In this document: positions 9,749 through 22,020 of the stretch, piece after piece
Numbering within the stretch: the first letter of the stretch is position 1
How the letters are laid out: each line of letters begins with the position of its first letter
NCBI GenBank assembly: GCA_963782055.1
Contig: CAWAIF010000003.1
Location: 384,001 to 448,000, forward strand
DNA length: 64,000 nt
DNA from: an uncultured delta proteobacterium
GTDB lineage: Bacteria > Myxococcota_A > Polyangia > Polyangiales > Polyangiaceae
Reading direction: 5' to 3'
Translations under genes and position numbers: made by a program
The notes under the pieces: generated by a model
Told to the model about the DNA's origin: nothing
Seen by the model: the letters and a program-made list of their open reading frames with translations, nothing else
Database searches by the model: none

Positions 9749-12580
9749 TCAGTCGTCGTCGTCGTCGCGGGGCGCCGTCGCCAGCGCGTCGGCGCGCGTG
9801 GTGCAGCCTCGCACGTCGACGAGGCCGCAGTAGAGCGCGGCGTTGAAGGCGGCGGCCGGCAGGCGGTCCTCGTGGCTGAAGTCCATGCCCATCGTCGCGA
9901 GCGCCCAGTCGCGGCCTGTCCCGCGCGGCATCACCAGCTTGCCGCCCTCCTCGGGCCTCGGCCTCGGGAGGGGGAGCTTGGTGGAGCGCAGGACGTCGGG
10001 CACACGCGCCCGGAAGGCGTGCCTGTCCACCTGGTCGGTGAACGCCTCGACGATGGGCGGCGCGGCGGCGTCCGGCTGCGCCAGCGGCGGCAGGCCGAGC
10101 AGCACCTCGATGGTCCTGAGCACGCTGGGCGTGGAGTAGCGCGTGTGGACCACCGCGCCGCGCGCGACGTGGCCGCCGGCGAAGAGCACGAAGCTCCGAT
10201 GGGAGTCGACGTGGTCTGCGCCGTTCTGCGCGTCGTCCTCCACGATCACGACGAGCGTGTCCTCCCAGAACTTGCTCCGCGAGAGCCGCTGCACCAGCAG
10301 GCCGAGGGCGTAGTCGTGGTCCGCCATCTGGGTGTCGGGGGTGTCGACGCCCGCGTCGGCCTTGCCGAAGGCGCCGAAGTGGTCGTGCGGCAGGCGCACC
10401 AGCTCGAGCGCGGGCATGTCCCCCTCGCGCTCGTAGTCGGCCATCTCGCGCATCCACTCCTTCACCCGGTATAGGTCCGGGTAGCGCATCTCGAAGCCGT
10501 AGAAGTACGGGTCGGTGCGGTCGAGGAGGCCGGGTGCGGTGGGGAAGGCGACCTGGTGGTGGCCCGCGAAGGGGTACGCCGGCCGCCCCGGCGAGGCCGG
10601 GTCGCCGTCGGGGAGCCCGTAGCGGTAGTCGTCGACGAAGAAGCCGTAGTTGCGCACGCTCAGCCCGGCGGCGATCGCCTCGTCCCAGAGGAACGGCGCG
10701 GGCCCGGCGGGCGCGGCCATGTCGCCCACGCCGGGCAGCAGGTCGGGGTCGTTGGGCGTGAGCGGGTTGGCGGCGCGGCGCTGGTCGAGCGTGGCGAGCC
10801 CCACGTTGACGTTGCGGTTGCAGCCCTCCCAGTCGTAGGTGTGGCGGCCGCGGCCGGCGTACATGAGGGGGACCTCCTTCTCCGCGGCGTCGGTGGCGCG
10901 TCCCGCCGTGGACCACTGCCAGCCGTCGCCGGAGACGCCGCCGGCGTCGAAGAAGCGGTCCGCCGCCACGAACCGCCGCGCGAGGGCGTGCATGTTGGGG
11001 GTGATGGACTCGCCCCAGTGGACCAGCGCCGGGTCGCCGTCGGTCCCTTCCAGGTCGCCGAAGACCTGGTCGTAGGTGCGGTTCTCGCCGATGACGTAGA
11101 CGACGTGCTTGATCTTGCCGCGCAGCGCGGCGAGGGCCGGGGGCACCGGACGTGGCGCGTCCAGCCCGGCGTTGACCAATGCTTGATGTGTCAACGAATT
11201 GCGGACCGCCGGCGGGGGCACCGGCAGCGCGTGCACGCCGCCGCGGAGGAGCTGCAGGGTGAACTGGTTGCCGCCGTAGGGCTCGAGGGTCCGGGTCGAG
11301 CTGGGCGCGCTCCACGGTCCGCGCGGGTTGGGGCCCTCCGCGCTCTTGCCGAAGGCGACGAAGAGGCGCGCGCCGTCCTTCGAGGTGACGACGTCGGTGG
11401 GATAGAAGCCGGTGGGCACCAGGGCCTCCAGCGCGCCGCCGCGCGCGCCCGCTTCCAGCTTCACCATCGCGACGGCGTCGAGGCCACCCAGCGTCACGTA
11501 GAGGGTTCGCCCGTCGGGGGAGAGGCCTAGGCCGTTCGGGCTGGCGCCCCGCAGCGCGCGCGCCGGCGAGCCCGCCGGACCACCCACCGGAATGGTCGCC
11601 CGCACCTTGAGGGTCGCGCGGTCGATGACGCTCACCGTGTCGTCGTTGGCGTTGGCGACGAAGAGCGTCGCGCCGTCGCGGGAGACCGTCATGCGCGTGG
11701 GCTGCGCGCCCACGTGAGCGCGCCCCTTCACCGCGCGCGCCGTGAGGCTCACGTCGACGACCTCGGCGTCGCGCTGGCAGACGACGTAGGCGTCGCCGCC
11801 CACCACCGCCACGTCGGAGGGGTAGGCGCCGCCGCGCTTGCCCCCGCCCGGGCGCAGGTCGACCTCCGCGACCGCCGCGCGCGTCGCCGTGTCGACCAGC
11901 GAGACCGAGTCGTTGTCGTGGTTGGCGACGACGAGCAGCCTGCCGTCGGCGGTGGTCGCCAGGCCCGCGGCCTCCGGGCCCTGCGCGAGGCCGAGGCCCC
12001 CCAGCCCGGAGGGTTGCTTCAGGTGCCCCAGCGGGATGGGCGGGAGCTTCTCCTCGAAGCCACCCTGTCCGTCCGGACGCAGCTCGTGGATCTGGTCGTC
12101 GGGGCCGCCGCTGGCGTAGAAGCGGTCGCCGAGCGGGGAGTAGGCAAGGCCCCAGAAGGTGTTGGGCAGGCCCACTGTCTGGCGAAGGTGGGGCACGCCG
12201 GAGGCGACGTCGTAGACGAAGACGTACTCGTCGTCGGTGCCGGGGATGGCGTCGCCGCGCGCGTCCTCCAGCCGGTTGTAGCCGGAGGTCATCACCAGCA
12301 GGGTCTTGCCGTCGGGGGAGAGGGCGGCGGCGGTGGCGAAGGCGGCCCGGAAGTCCGGGTGACCCAGCAGGTGGGGGTTCAGGTCCAGCAGCACCGAGCC
12401 AGGAGCGGCGTCGGGCGTGAGCTGGGCACCAGTCGGCAGGGCGATCGCCGCGCTCATCACCCACCCCTTCCCGACCGGGGGGGCGGTCGTCGCCGGTGCG
12501 CGCGCAGGGCCCGTGGCCGCCCCGCCGCATGCGAGGGCGGTCGCCACCCCGAGCACCCAGAGGAACCCGCCGCGCCGCAT
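9749..12580 (-). CDS. YVTN/YncE beta-propeller plus phosphoesterase (alkaline phosphatase superfamily) lipoprotein
   Basis: Lipobox ALAC; repeats LVVANHDNDSVSLVD and LFVANANDDTVSVID; IKHVVYVIGENRTYDQVFGD, LPHDH, EDDAQNGADHVDSHRS. Confidence 0.88.
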   Translation of the reverse strand: MRRGGFLWVLGVATALACGGAATGPARAPATTAPPVGKGWVMSAAIALPTGAQLTPDAAPGSVLLDLNPHLLGHPDFRAAFATAAALSPDGKTLLVMTSGYNRLEDARGDAIPGTDDEYVFVYDVASGVPHLRQTVGLPNTFWGLAYSPLGDRFYASGGPDDQIHELRPDGQGGFEEKLPPIPLGHLKQPSGLGGLGLAQGPEAAGLATTADGRLLVVANHDNDSVSLVDTATRAAVAEVDLRPGGGKRGGAYPSDVAVVGGDAYVVCQRDAEVVDVSLTARAVKGRAHVGAQPTRMTVSRDGATLFVANANDDTVSVIDRATLKVRATIPVGGPAGSPARALRGASPNGLGLSPDGRTLYVTLGGLDAVAMVKLEAGARGGALEALVPTGFYPTDVVTSKDGARLFVAFGKSAEGPNPRGPWSAPSSTRTLEPYGGNQFTLQLLRGGVHALPVPPPAVRNSLTHQALVNAGLDAPRPVPPALAALRGKIKHVVYVIGENRTYDQVFGDLEGTDGDPALVHWGESITPNMHALARRFVAADRFFDAGGVSGDGWQWSTAGRATDAAEKEVPLMYAGRGRHTYDWEGCNRNVNVGLATLDQRRAANPLTPNDPDLLPGVGDMAAPAGPAPFLWDEAIAAGLSVRNYGFFVDDYRYGLPDGDPASPGRPAYPFAGHHQVAFPTAPGLLDRTDPYFYGFEMRYPDLYRVKEWMREMADYEREGDMPALELVRLPHDHFGAFGKADAGVDTPDTQMADHDYALGLLVQRLSRSKFWEDTLVVIVEDDAQNGADHVDSHRSFVLFAGGHVARGAVVHTRYSTPSVLRTIEVLLGLPPLAQPDAAAPPIVEAFTDQVDRHAFRARVPDVLRSTKLPLPRPRPEEGGKLVMPRGTGRDWALATMGMDFSHEDRLPAAAFNAALYCGLVDVRGCTTRADALATAPRDDDDD

Positions 12581-12833
12581 ACTCCAGTCCTAATCCGGCG
12601 GGACCCCTCCCGCCCCGGGAAATCCGCCGCCAGCGCCCGATCGTTCGCCGGCAAACGATCGGCGTGGTGGCCGGATGGCTGAACGGGCGAGCAGGCTTTG
12701 GGGCCGCCGTTTCTTGACCGCCACGAAGAGGGCGTTGTACAGGGGGACAATCCAGGGTCGTTTTCCTGGATCGGGCAGGCCGAGCGTTTCGGCCCTCCTG
12801 CGGTGTGGACGTGGGGGGAGAGGTCGCGAGTGC

Positions 12834-13082
12834 ATGGGTAGTCGGCTGACGTGGCCCCAGATTCGTGAGAGCACCGCGTTCCGAGGACGCTGGGTCGCCC
12901 TGGATGATTGCCGGTATGACGCGCGTACCGCCCAGCCGGTCGAGGGCAGCGTCGTCGACTCCGACGAGGACCTGGTGGAGCTCTGCTCCCGGATGCAGCG
13001 CTCCGACATGCAGCACTGCGCCATCCTGTTCTGCGACGAGGAAGCCCCTCCTTCCAGCCGTCCCCAGCGGCTGACCCACTAA
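12834..13082 (+). CDS. small hypothetical protein
   Basis: 82-aa ORF, FRGRWVALD motif, plausible codon usage. Confidence 0.6.
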   Translation: MGSRLTWPQIRESTAFRGRWVALDDCRYDARTAQPVEGSVVDSDEDLVELCSRMQRSDMQHCAILFCDEEAPPSSRPQRLTH

Positions 13083-13120
13083 GGAGGCGGCGGCGAGGCC
13101 CCCGCCAGGCCCGCCCGCAG

Positions 13121-14137
13121 CTACTTCACGACCGGCTTGAGGACGGTCTTGCCGTCCTTGACGGAGACCTCGAAGTCCACCGCCTTGCCGTGCTTCTCCT
13201 TCAGCCGCGCGCTCGATTCCCGCAGGCTCTTGGCGAGGGCATCGTAGGTGATGGTGGCGGTGGACTCGTTGCGCGAGCGGCGTGTCTGCACGTACTGGGC
13301 GTAGAGCTGCTTGAGGCGGGCGTCGCTCAGGTCCTCCGGACGCGTGGCGGGCCGGCCGGGGGAGCGCGGCGCGGGCCTGGCCGGGGCGCCTGCCGGCGCC
13401 GGAGCCTTCGTCGGGGCCGGCTGGGCCGGGGGCGCGGGCCGCTCCCCCGCCGCCGCCGCAGATGGCGCGTCCTTGCTGACCTTCCGCCACACGGGTCGGC
13501 GCGCGTCGCCCACCGCTGCGCGCGGGACGGCAGTGGCGGCAGGGGGAGGCGGCGCGAGGCGGGGCAGCGGTCCGGACGGCGCTGGCTTCGGCACGGCCGG
13601 GGCGGCACCGGCGGCTCTCTGCCCGGGCGCCGCCCGCTGCGCAGGAACCTGCCGTGGCACCGGCGGCGCGGGCGCCACCACCACCGGCGCCACCGGTCGG
13701 CTGCTGGGCGGCTCGGGCGCCTCCGACGTGTACTCGAAGAGCATGCTGTCCAGATCGGTCAGCTCCTCCGCCGCCGTGACCTCCAGCTCCACCGCCTCCG
13801 CCTCGCGGACCTTCTCCACCGCCTCCTTCTGGGCAAACTTGCGCTTCGCGCGCTGCACGTGGCGCTTGTACGTGCCCTCCTCGATCTGCCGGCAGATGCG
13901 CAGCCAGTGCGACTGGTACGTGTTGTACCGCTGGATGATCATCTGGAAGCGGAAGCGCTGCGCGGTGTTGCGGATCTGTTCGCGACGCAGCGTGTGGATG
14001 CGCCGCTCCACGTCCTTCTGCGGCACCGCCGGCACCGTCTTCTCGATCCCCATGAAGTACTGCTCGTAGAGCGAGCGCAGTCGGTCGACGCGCAGCTCCA
14101 GCTCGTTGATCAGGGTCTCGATCTCCGATGACTCCAA
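13121..14137 (-). CDS. MXAN_5187 C-terminal-domain-like hypothetical protein
   Basis: N-terminal helical LYEQYFMGIEK region, Pro/Ala-rich linker, C-terminal LYAQYV...VDFEVSVKDGKTVLK domain. Confidence 0.7.
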   Translation of the reverse strand: MESSEIETLINELELRVDRLRSLYEQYFMGIEKTVPAVPQKDVERRIHTLRREQIRNTAQRFRFQMIIQRYNTYQSHWLRICRQIEEGTYKRHVQRAKRKFAQKEAVEKVREAEAVELEVTAAEELTDLDSMLFEYTSEAPEPPSSRPVAPVVVAPAPPVPRQVPAQRAAPGQRAAGAAPAVPKPAPSGPLPRLAPPPPAATAVPRAAVGDARRPVWRKVSKDAPSAAAAGERPAPPAQPAPTKAPAPAGAPARPAPRSPGRPATRPEDLSDARLKQLYAQYVQTRRSRNESTATITYDALAKSLRESSARLKEKHGKAVDFEVSVKDGKTVLKPVVK

Positions 14138-14231
14138 GGCCAGCGCAGTATAGCGCGCAAAGCCCCCCTCATCGCGAGGGGGTGGGCATCGCGGCGGAGG
14201 GCGAGGTCGCCCGCCCGGCGCGCGGCGGAGA

Positions 14232-15104
14232 TCACGGGAGCGGCGTGACCTTCACGTTGTCGAAGCACACCTTGACTTCCCAGTCGTTGAAGCCGAAGTG
14301 GTCGTGGCCCATGCCGGCGAGGGGCGCGGGGTCGTCGTAGTCCAGGTACGGCAGGCCGTTGACCGAGAGGTGCACGGTGTGGCCGTCGTTGCGCTCGATG
14401 CGGAAGCGATAGATGTGCCCCATGTGCACCGGCTGCTCCCGCGGGTCGTCGGCGCCGGGCTCGATGACGATCTGCTTGCGGTCGGTGCCGTGCTCGTTCA
14501 ACCGGGCGAGGACGTGGAAGTGGTTCTTCCACCCACCGAGGATGGCGAGGTAGCTGGTGGCGTTGGTGTAGGAGACCATCGTCGCGTGCGACTGGCCGTC
14601 GCCCCACACCTCGGCCTTCAGGTCGCCCTGCGGCGAGTCGCTGATGGCGTCGAACTCGATGCGCGCGTTGACGGGGAGTATGCGCTCCAGCCACACGCCG
14701 TGGTTGTGCGCGTCCTGCGCGCAGAGGCGGCCGTTCTCGATGTGCCAGACGTTGGTCTCCGCCTGCCGCCAGTTGGGGCCGAGCGCGTTGGTCGCCGCGG
14801 GGAGGGGCGAGGTCGCGGCGTGCTCGCTGGAGCCTTCGGGCGCGTGTCGATCGTGGCCGGCCGCGTCGACGTTGACCGCAACGACCGCCGGGGGGGTGGT
14901 GGCGGCGGGACCAGGTGCCGCGTCCCGGTCGAAGTCGTCCTCGAACACCTCGGTCATCACGTTGATGGATGGCCGGTAATTCGGGCTGGGGCGCGGCTGC
15001 GTCTTGGTGGTCGCGCCGGCATCGCCGCCGGTGCTGTTTCCGGGGGGAACGCAGAAGGCAAGCAGCCCGAGCAACGGGAGCCCGATGACCGTCCGGCGGA
15101 GCAT
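14232..15104 (-). CDS. secreted hypothetical protein, ConA-like lectin/glucanase-type beta-sandwich
   Basis: Signal peptide; FEDDFDR, WHIENGRL and terminal FDNVKVTPL typical of this fold. Confidence 0.6.
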   Translation of the reverse strand: MLRRTVIGLPLLGLLAFCVPPGNSTGGDAGATTKTQPRPSPNYRPSINVMTEVFEDDFDRDAAPGPAATTPPAVVAVNVDAAGHDRHAPEGSSEHAATSPLPAATNALGPNWRQAETNVWHIENGRLCAQDAHNHGVWLERILPVNARIEFDAISDSPQGDLKAEVWGDGQSHATMVSYTNATSYLAILGGWKNHFHVLARLNEHGTDRKQIVIEPGADDPREQPVHMGHIYRFRIERNDGHTVHLSVNGLPYLDYDDPAPLAGMGHDHFGFNDWEVKVCFDNVKVTPLP

Positions 15105-15198
15105 GCGGCGTGTACTAACACCGCGATCGCGACCCGCCCAGCTCTTCTGGCTCGCCCCCCTCGCCGAGACCCTCGGGCCCTGGTAAGAACGCGGGGTC

Positions 15199-16776
<1,578 letters not shown>

Positions 16777-16802
16777 GCGCGCGCCGGAGCGAGGAGCCCG
16801 CC

Positions 16803-17414
16803 ATGCATCGCATCGTGCTCGTCCGTCACGGGCGGACCGCCGAGAACGCCCTGGAGATCTTCCAGGGCCAGCGGGGCAGTGGTCTGGACGAGGTGGGGCG
16901 CGCGCAGGCGGAGCGGCTGGCGAATCGCTTGATGGGTCAACGATTCGCGCGGCTGGTCTCCTCCGACCTGCAGCGCGCGGTGGAGACGGCGCGCTTGCTG
17001 GGCGCCGCGGTGTCCCTCGAGGTGGAGCAGGACCCTGCGCTCCGGGAGGTGGACGTGGGCGCCTGGACGGGCCTCCCCTTCGCGGAGGTGGAGCGTCGCT
17101 TCCCGGAGGAGTGGGCCGCGTGGCGCGCCGGGCTGGACCTGCCGCGCGGTGGCGGGGAGACGTACGCCGACCTGGCCGCCCGCATGCACGCGGCGGTCGA
17201 GAGCCTCACCGCGGACATGACGGGTGACCTGCTCGTCGTCTCGCACGGCGCCGCCCTCCGCGCCTTCACCGCGCGGCTCATCGGCCTGCCCCCGCAGGGC
17301 TCGCCCTCGCTCTCCGGCATGGGCAACACCGGCATGAACACGGTGGCGTGCACGCCGCGCGGCCTGCGGCTCGTCTCGTACAACGACACGGCGCACCTGG
17401 AGGGCGCGGCGTAG
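16803..17414 (+). CDS. histidine phosphatase family protein (phosphoglycerate mutase-like)
   Basis: LVRHG, SSDLQRAVET, LREVDVGAWTG, VSHG, NDTAHL. Confidence 0.92.
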   Translation: MHRIVLVRHGRTAENALEIFQGQRGSGLDEVGRAQAERLANRLMGQRFARLVSSDLQRAVETARLLGAAVSLEVEQDPALREVDVGAWTGLPFAEVERRFPEEWAAWRAGLDLPRGGGETYADLAARMHAAVESLTADMTGDLLVVSHGAALRAFTARLIGLPPQGSPSLSGMGNTGMNTVACTPRGLRLVSYNDTAHLEGAA

Positions 17415-17438
17415 CGCGCCGCGCGCTACGGTGTGGCC

Positions 17439-17795
17439 ATGCGCGCGGAGCTGCTGCGGGTGCTGGAGGAGCTGCTCGCGGAGAGCGAGAAGGAGGGCGC
17501 GGGGGACATCACGCTGGACCGCTTCGCCGGAGCGGTGGGCGTGCTCGCGGTCACCCCCGAGGAGATCGACGCGCTGCTCGCCGCGGTGGAGGCGCGCGGG
17601 GTGCGGGTGGTCGCGCCGGAGTCGTGCGGCGTGGGGGATGGGGCCCAGCGGCTCAAGCTCGTGATCGCGGCGGCGCGCCGACTCGGGGTGGAGCTGGGCC
17701 GCAAGCCGCGCCCGGCGGAGATCGCCGCCGCCGCGGGGCTGACGGAGGAGGAGGTCCGCCTCGCGCTGCGTCTCGGCCAGGTGATGGGGCGCTGA
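17439..17795 (+). CDS. small sigma70-related protein (region 1.1-like plus region 3-like)
   Basis: ITLD...VTPEEIDALLAAVEARGVRVV and ARRLGVELGRKPRPAEIAAAAGLTEEEVR. Confidence 0.7.
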   Translation: MRAELLRVLEELLAESEKEGAGDITLDRFAGAVGVLAVTPEEIDALLAAVEARGVRVVAPESCGVGDGAQRLKLVIAAARRLGVELGRKPRPAEIAAAAGLTEEEVRLALRLGQVMGR

Positions 17796-17894
17796 GGGCC
17801 GCCGTGACATTTGACGCGATTGGGCGTAGCCGAATCGAGCACGCTGAATTACAACGCGAGTGACTCGCGGCCGGCGAGAGGACTCTGGGATCCG

Positions 17895-18940
<1,046 letters not shown>

Positions 18941-18941
<1 letters not shown>

Positions 18942-19399
18942 TGCGGCTCTCCACCCGTCGCGAGACCACGCGGCTGGGGCAGCGCATCGCGGCGGTGCTC
19001 GGCCCGGGCGACCTCTGCGTGCTCACCGGCGAGCTGGGCGCCGGCAAGACCTTCCTCGCCCGCGCCCTCGCGCGCGCGCTCGGCGTGCCGGCGGAGGAGC
19101 GCGTCGGCAGCCCCACCTTCGGACTGGTGCACGAGTACGAGACGCCGCGCGGCACCCTGCTGCACGCCGACCTCTACCGGCTCGAGGCGAAGGACGCGGA
19201 GTCGCTGGCGCGGGAGATCGCGCGGCTCGGCCTGCGCGAGCGACGCGCCGAGGGCGCGATCGTGCTGTGCGAGTGGGGCGAGCGCGCGGGCGCGACGCTG
19301 GGCCCGGCGCCCGATCTGCACGTGCGCCTCCGCTTCGCCGCCGGCGGGCGCGGCCGCGAGGCCGAGCTCTCCGGGCGTCTCGCCCCGGGGCTCGTCTGA
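18941..19399 (+). CDS. tsaE: tRNA threonylcarbamoyladenosine biosynthesis ATPase
   Basis: [21 protein letters not shown] motifs. Confidence 0.93.
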
Positions 19400-19400
19400 G

Positions 19401-21734
19401 ATGGCCGGCCCGGGCGATCGCCGGAGGGTCCTCGTCGCCGCGCTGCTGGCGCTGGCGGTCGCCGCGTTGATCGCGCGCTCCGCGCGCCGGTGCGCGAGCG
19501 CGGGCAGCCGGGGCCACCTGGAGCTCGTCACCGCCGTCGCGCGCTTCGACGTCCACGAGGAGGGGAAGCTCGACATCGCCACGACCGACGGCGCGCGCGC
19601 CCTCGCCGCCGAGCTCCACGTGCTGCACGACGGCGACGTGCTGCCGCTCGACCTCGCGCGGCTCGGCCCGCGCCTGGGTGGTGGCCTCTCCGGTCTGGTC
19701 ACCGTGGCGGGGGTCGACGGCAAGCTGGTGATCCGCACGCGCGCCCCCGACGTGCTCGAGCTCTCCATCGACGCGCCGGGCCTGGGCGGCTCTCCGGCGG
19801 AGGCGCGGGGCGAGTGGGTGGGGACGCGGCTCGCCCTGGTGCTGCCCATCGACCGGCGCGCGGTGTTCGTGAGCGGCCGCGGGCTCCTCGCCGACCTCGC
19901 GCGGGAGTCCGGCCCCCACGTGGTGCTCGACGATCCGGCGCACCCCCTCGGCTTCGAGGCGGCCGCGGGCAACGTGGACGTCGCGATCGGGCCGCCGCGG
20001 GACGACGGCGGCATGCGCCTCTCGGTCGCCGCGCCATTGACCGACGGCAAGGCGACGCTGCGCGTGGTGGTGGGCTCCTCCGGCGCCGGCGTGTGGCGCA
20101 CCCTCTTCGAGCTCGCCGGCGAGCACACCGCCCGGGTCGCCGGGTCGGTCACCGGCGTATCTGGCCCCGCGCAGGTGGTGGGCCTCGGGCCGGACGGCGC
20201 GCAGCGAGTCCGCGTCGCCACCGACGCGGGCGGCCACTTCGAGCTCTTCGTCCCGGAGTCGGTGTCCCGCTGGTACGCGAGCGAGAACGCCACGCGCACC
20301 AGCTCGCCGGTGACCTTCAAGCCGGGGACGCCCTTCCCCCTCGATCTCGACGTCTCCGATGGCGGCGAGATCCACGTCCGGGTGCAGGACGCCGACACCC
20401 ACCAGCCGCTCACCGCCCGGCTGCTGGTGCACGGGATCGACGGCACCCTCGACCCCGACTTCGGGCCGGACTACCGCGCCTCCGGCGCCGGCCCCATCAT
20501 CGACGCCCTGCGCGGGGAGGTCACCACGCCGCTGCCGGCGGGCAAGTACCGCGTCGCGGCGACCAAGGGCATCGAGTGGAGCGTCGACGCGCAGGAGATC
20601 ACCGTCGAGCCGGGCAAGTCGGTGGACCTGTCGCTCGCGCCGCGACACGTCGTGCCCACGCCCGGCGAGATCGGGTGCGATCTGCACGTCCACGCGCGGC
20701 CCAGCTTCGACTCGCCGGTCACGGTGGAGGACCGCGTGCTGTCGCTCGTCGCCGCCGGCGTCGACTTCGCCGTCCCGACCGAGCACAACATCGTCGGCGA
20801 CTACGGCCCGCCGCTGAAGCTGCTCGGTCTGTCCGGCGAGATGGCCACGGTGACGGGCGTGGAGGTCACCACCTTCTCCCCGCGCTTCGGCCACTTCGGC
20901 GTCTTCCCGTACCCAAGGAGCCGGCCGGTGCCGCCCTTCCGCCACTCCACCGCGGCGAAGGTCTTCGCCGCCGCGCACGCCGGCGATCCGAACCGCGTGC
21001 TGCAAATCAACCACCCGCGCCTGCCGAAGGGCATCGGCTACTTCAGCGTCTCCGGCTGGGACCGGCGCGGCCCGCTCCCCAAGCACATGCGCACCGACTT
21101 CGACGCGCTGGAGGTCTACAACGGCTACGACCTGCCCAGCCCGCACCGCGTGGACGAGGTGATGGCCGACTGGTTCGCCCTGCTGAACATGGGGCACCGC
21201 TACGTCGCCACCGGCAGCAGCGACTCGCACCGCATCCAGTACCAGTGGGCGGGCTACCCGCGGACGATGGTGCGTTACGCCGACGCCGACGCGCCCGTCG
21301 ACCCGCTGGCGGTCGTCGCCGCCATCAAGAAGGGGCACGCCACGGTCACGAGCGGGCCCATCATCGAGCTCCAGCTCGGCGGTGGCCGTCCGGGCGACGA
21401 GGTCTCCGCCGGCGGACCCACCGTCAGCGGTCACGTGGTGGTGCGCGCCGCGCCGTGGGTGGACGTGACGCAGCTCGCCGTCGTCGCCAACGGCCGCACG
21501 GTGCAGACCCTGTCCATCGAGTCGCGGCCCACCGAGCTGGGGCCGGAGGCGGGCACGCTGGAGGAGGCGCAGGCCCGCACGATCCGCCTGGCGACCGATC
21601 TGCACGTGGACGTGGCGCCCGGTACCACGTGGGTCGTCGTCGTCGCGCGGGGCGAGCGCCGCCTGGACGATGTCCTCCCCTTCATGCCGGTCCAGCCGCT
21701 CGGCTTCACCAACCCGGTGTGGGTCAAGCGCTGA
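19401..21734 (+). CDS. CehA/McbA-family (PHP-domain) metallohydrolase
   Basis: DLHVHA, PTEHN, GVEVT, GHFG, INHPR, EVYNG, SSDSH. Confidence 0.85.
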   Translation: MAGPGDRRRVLVAALLALAVAALIARSARRCASAGSRGHLELVTAVARFDVHEEGKLDIATTDGARALAAELHVLHDGDVLPLDLARLGPRLGGGLSGLVTVAGVDGKLVIRTRAPDVLELSIDAPGLGGSPAEARGEWVGTRLALVLPIDRRAVFVSGRGLLADLARESGPHVVLDDPAHPLGFEAAAGNVDVAIGPPRDDGGMRLSVAAPLTDGKATLRVVVGSSGAGVWRTLFELAGEHTARVAGSVTGVSGPAQVVGLGPDGAQRVRVATDAGGHFELFVPESVSRWYASENATRTSSPVTFKPGTPFPLDLDVSDGGEIHVRVQDADTHQPLTARLLVHGIDGTLDPDFGPDYRASGAGPIIDALRGEVTTPLPAGKYRVAATKGIEWSVDAQEITVEPGKSVDLSLAPRHVVPTPGEIGCDLHVHARPSFDSPVTVEDRVLSLVAAGVDFAVPTEHNIVGDYGPPLKLLGLSGEMATVTGVEVTTFSPRFGHFGVFPYPRSRPVPPFRHSTAAKVFAAAHAGDPNRVLQINHPRLPKGIGYFSVSGWDRRGPLPKHMRTDFDALEVYNGYDLPSPHRVDEVMADWFALLNMGHRYVATGSSDSHRIQYQWAGYPRTMVRYADADAPVDPLAVVAAIKKGHATVTSGPIIELQLGGGRPGDEVSAGGPTVSGHVVVRAAPWVDVTQLAVVANGRTVQTLSIESRPTELGPEAGTLEEAQARTIRLATDLHVDVAPGTTWVVVVARGERRLDDVLPFMPVQPLGFTNPVWVKR

Positions 21735-22020
21735 CCTCCGAGCCCAGCAGCAGGCGCCCTTGCGGCTCGCGGTCTCGTGCTAGAGTGGCAGTAAGGCTGC
21801 AAGAATAGGCTATGGGTGAAATCTGCGGGGGTCCTGGTGACGAGGCGAACGGCGTCCATTGGGTGCTGTCGCATGGTAGCGTCCCGGCCTCTTTCCCACC
21901 GAACGCGCGCTCACGCGCCACCGAGGAAGTCGTGAGGGGGATCGGTCTCTTCACCGCCACCACCTTTGCAGAATGCACCGATCGCGCCGGGGACGCGGCG
22001 CGCGTGCGGAGGTGCACGGC

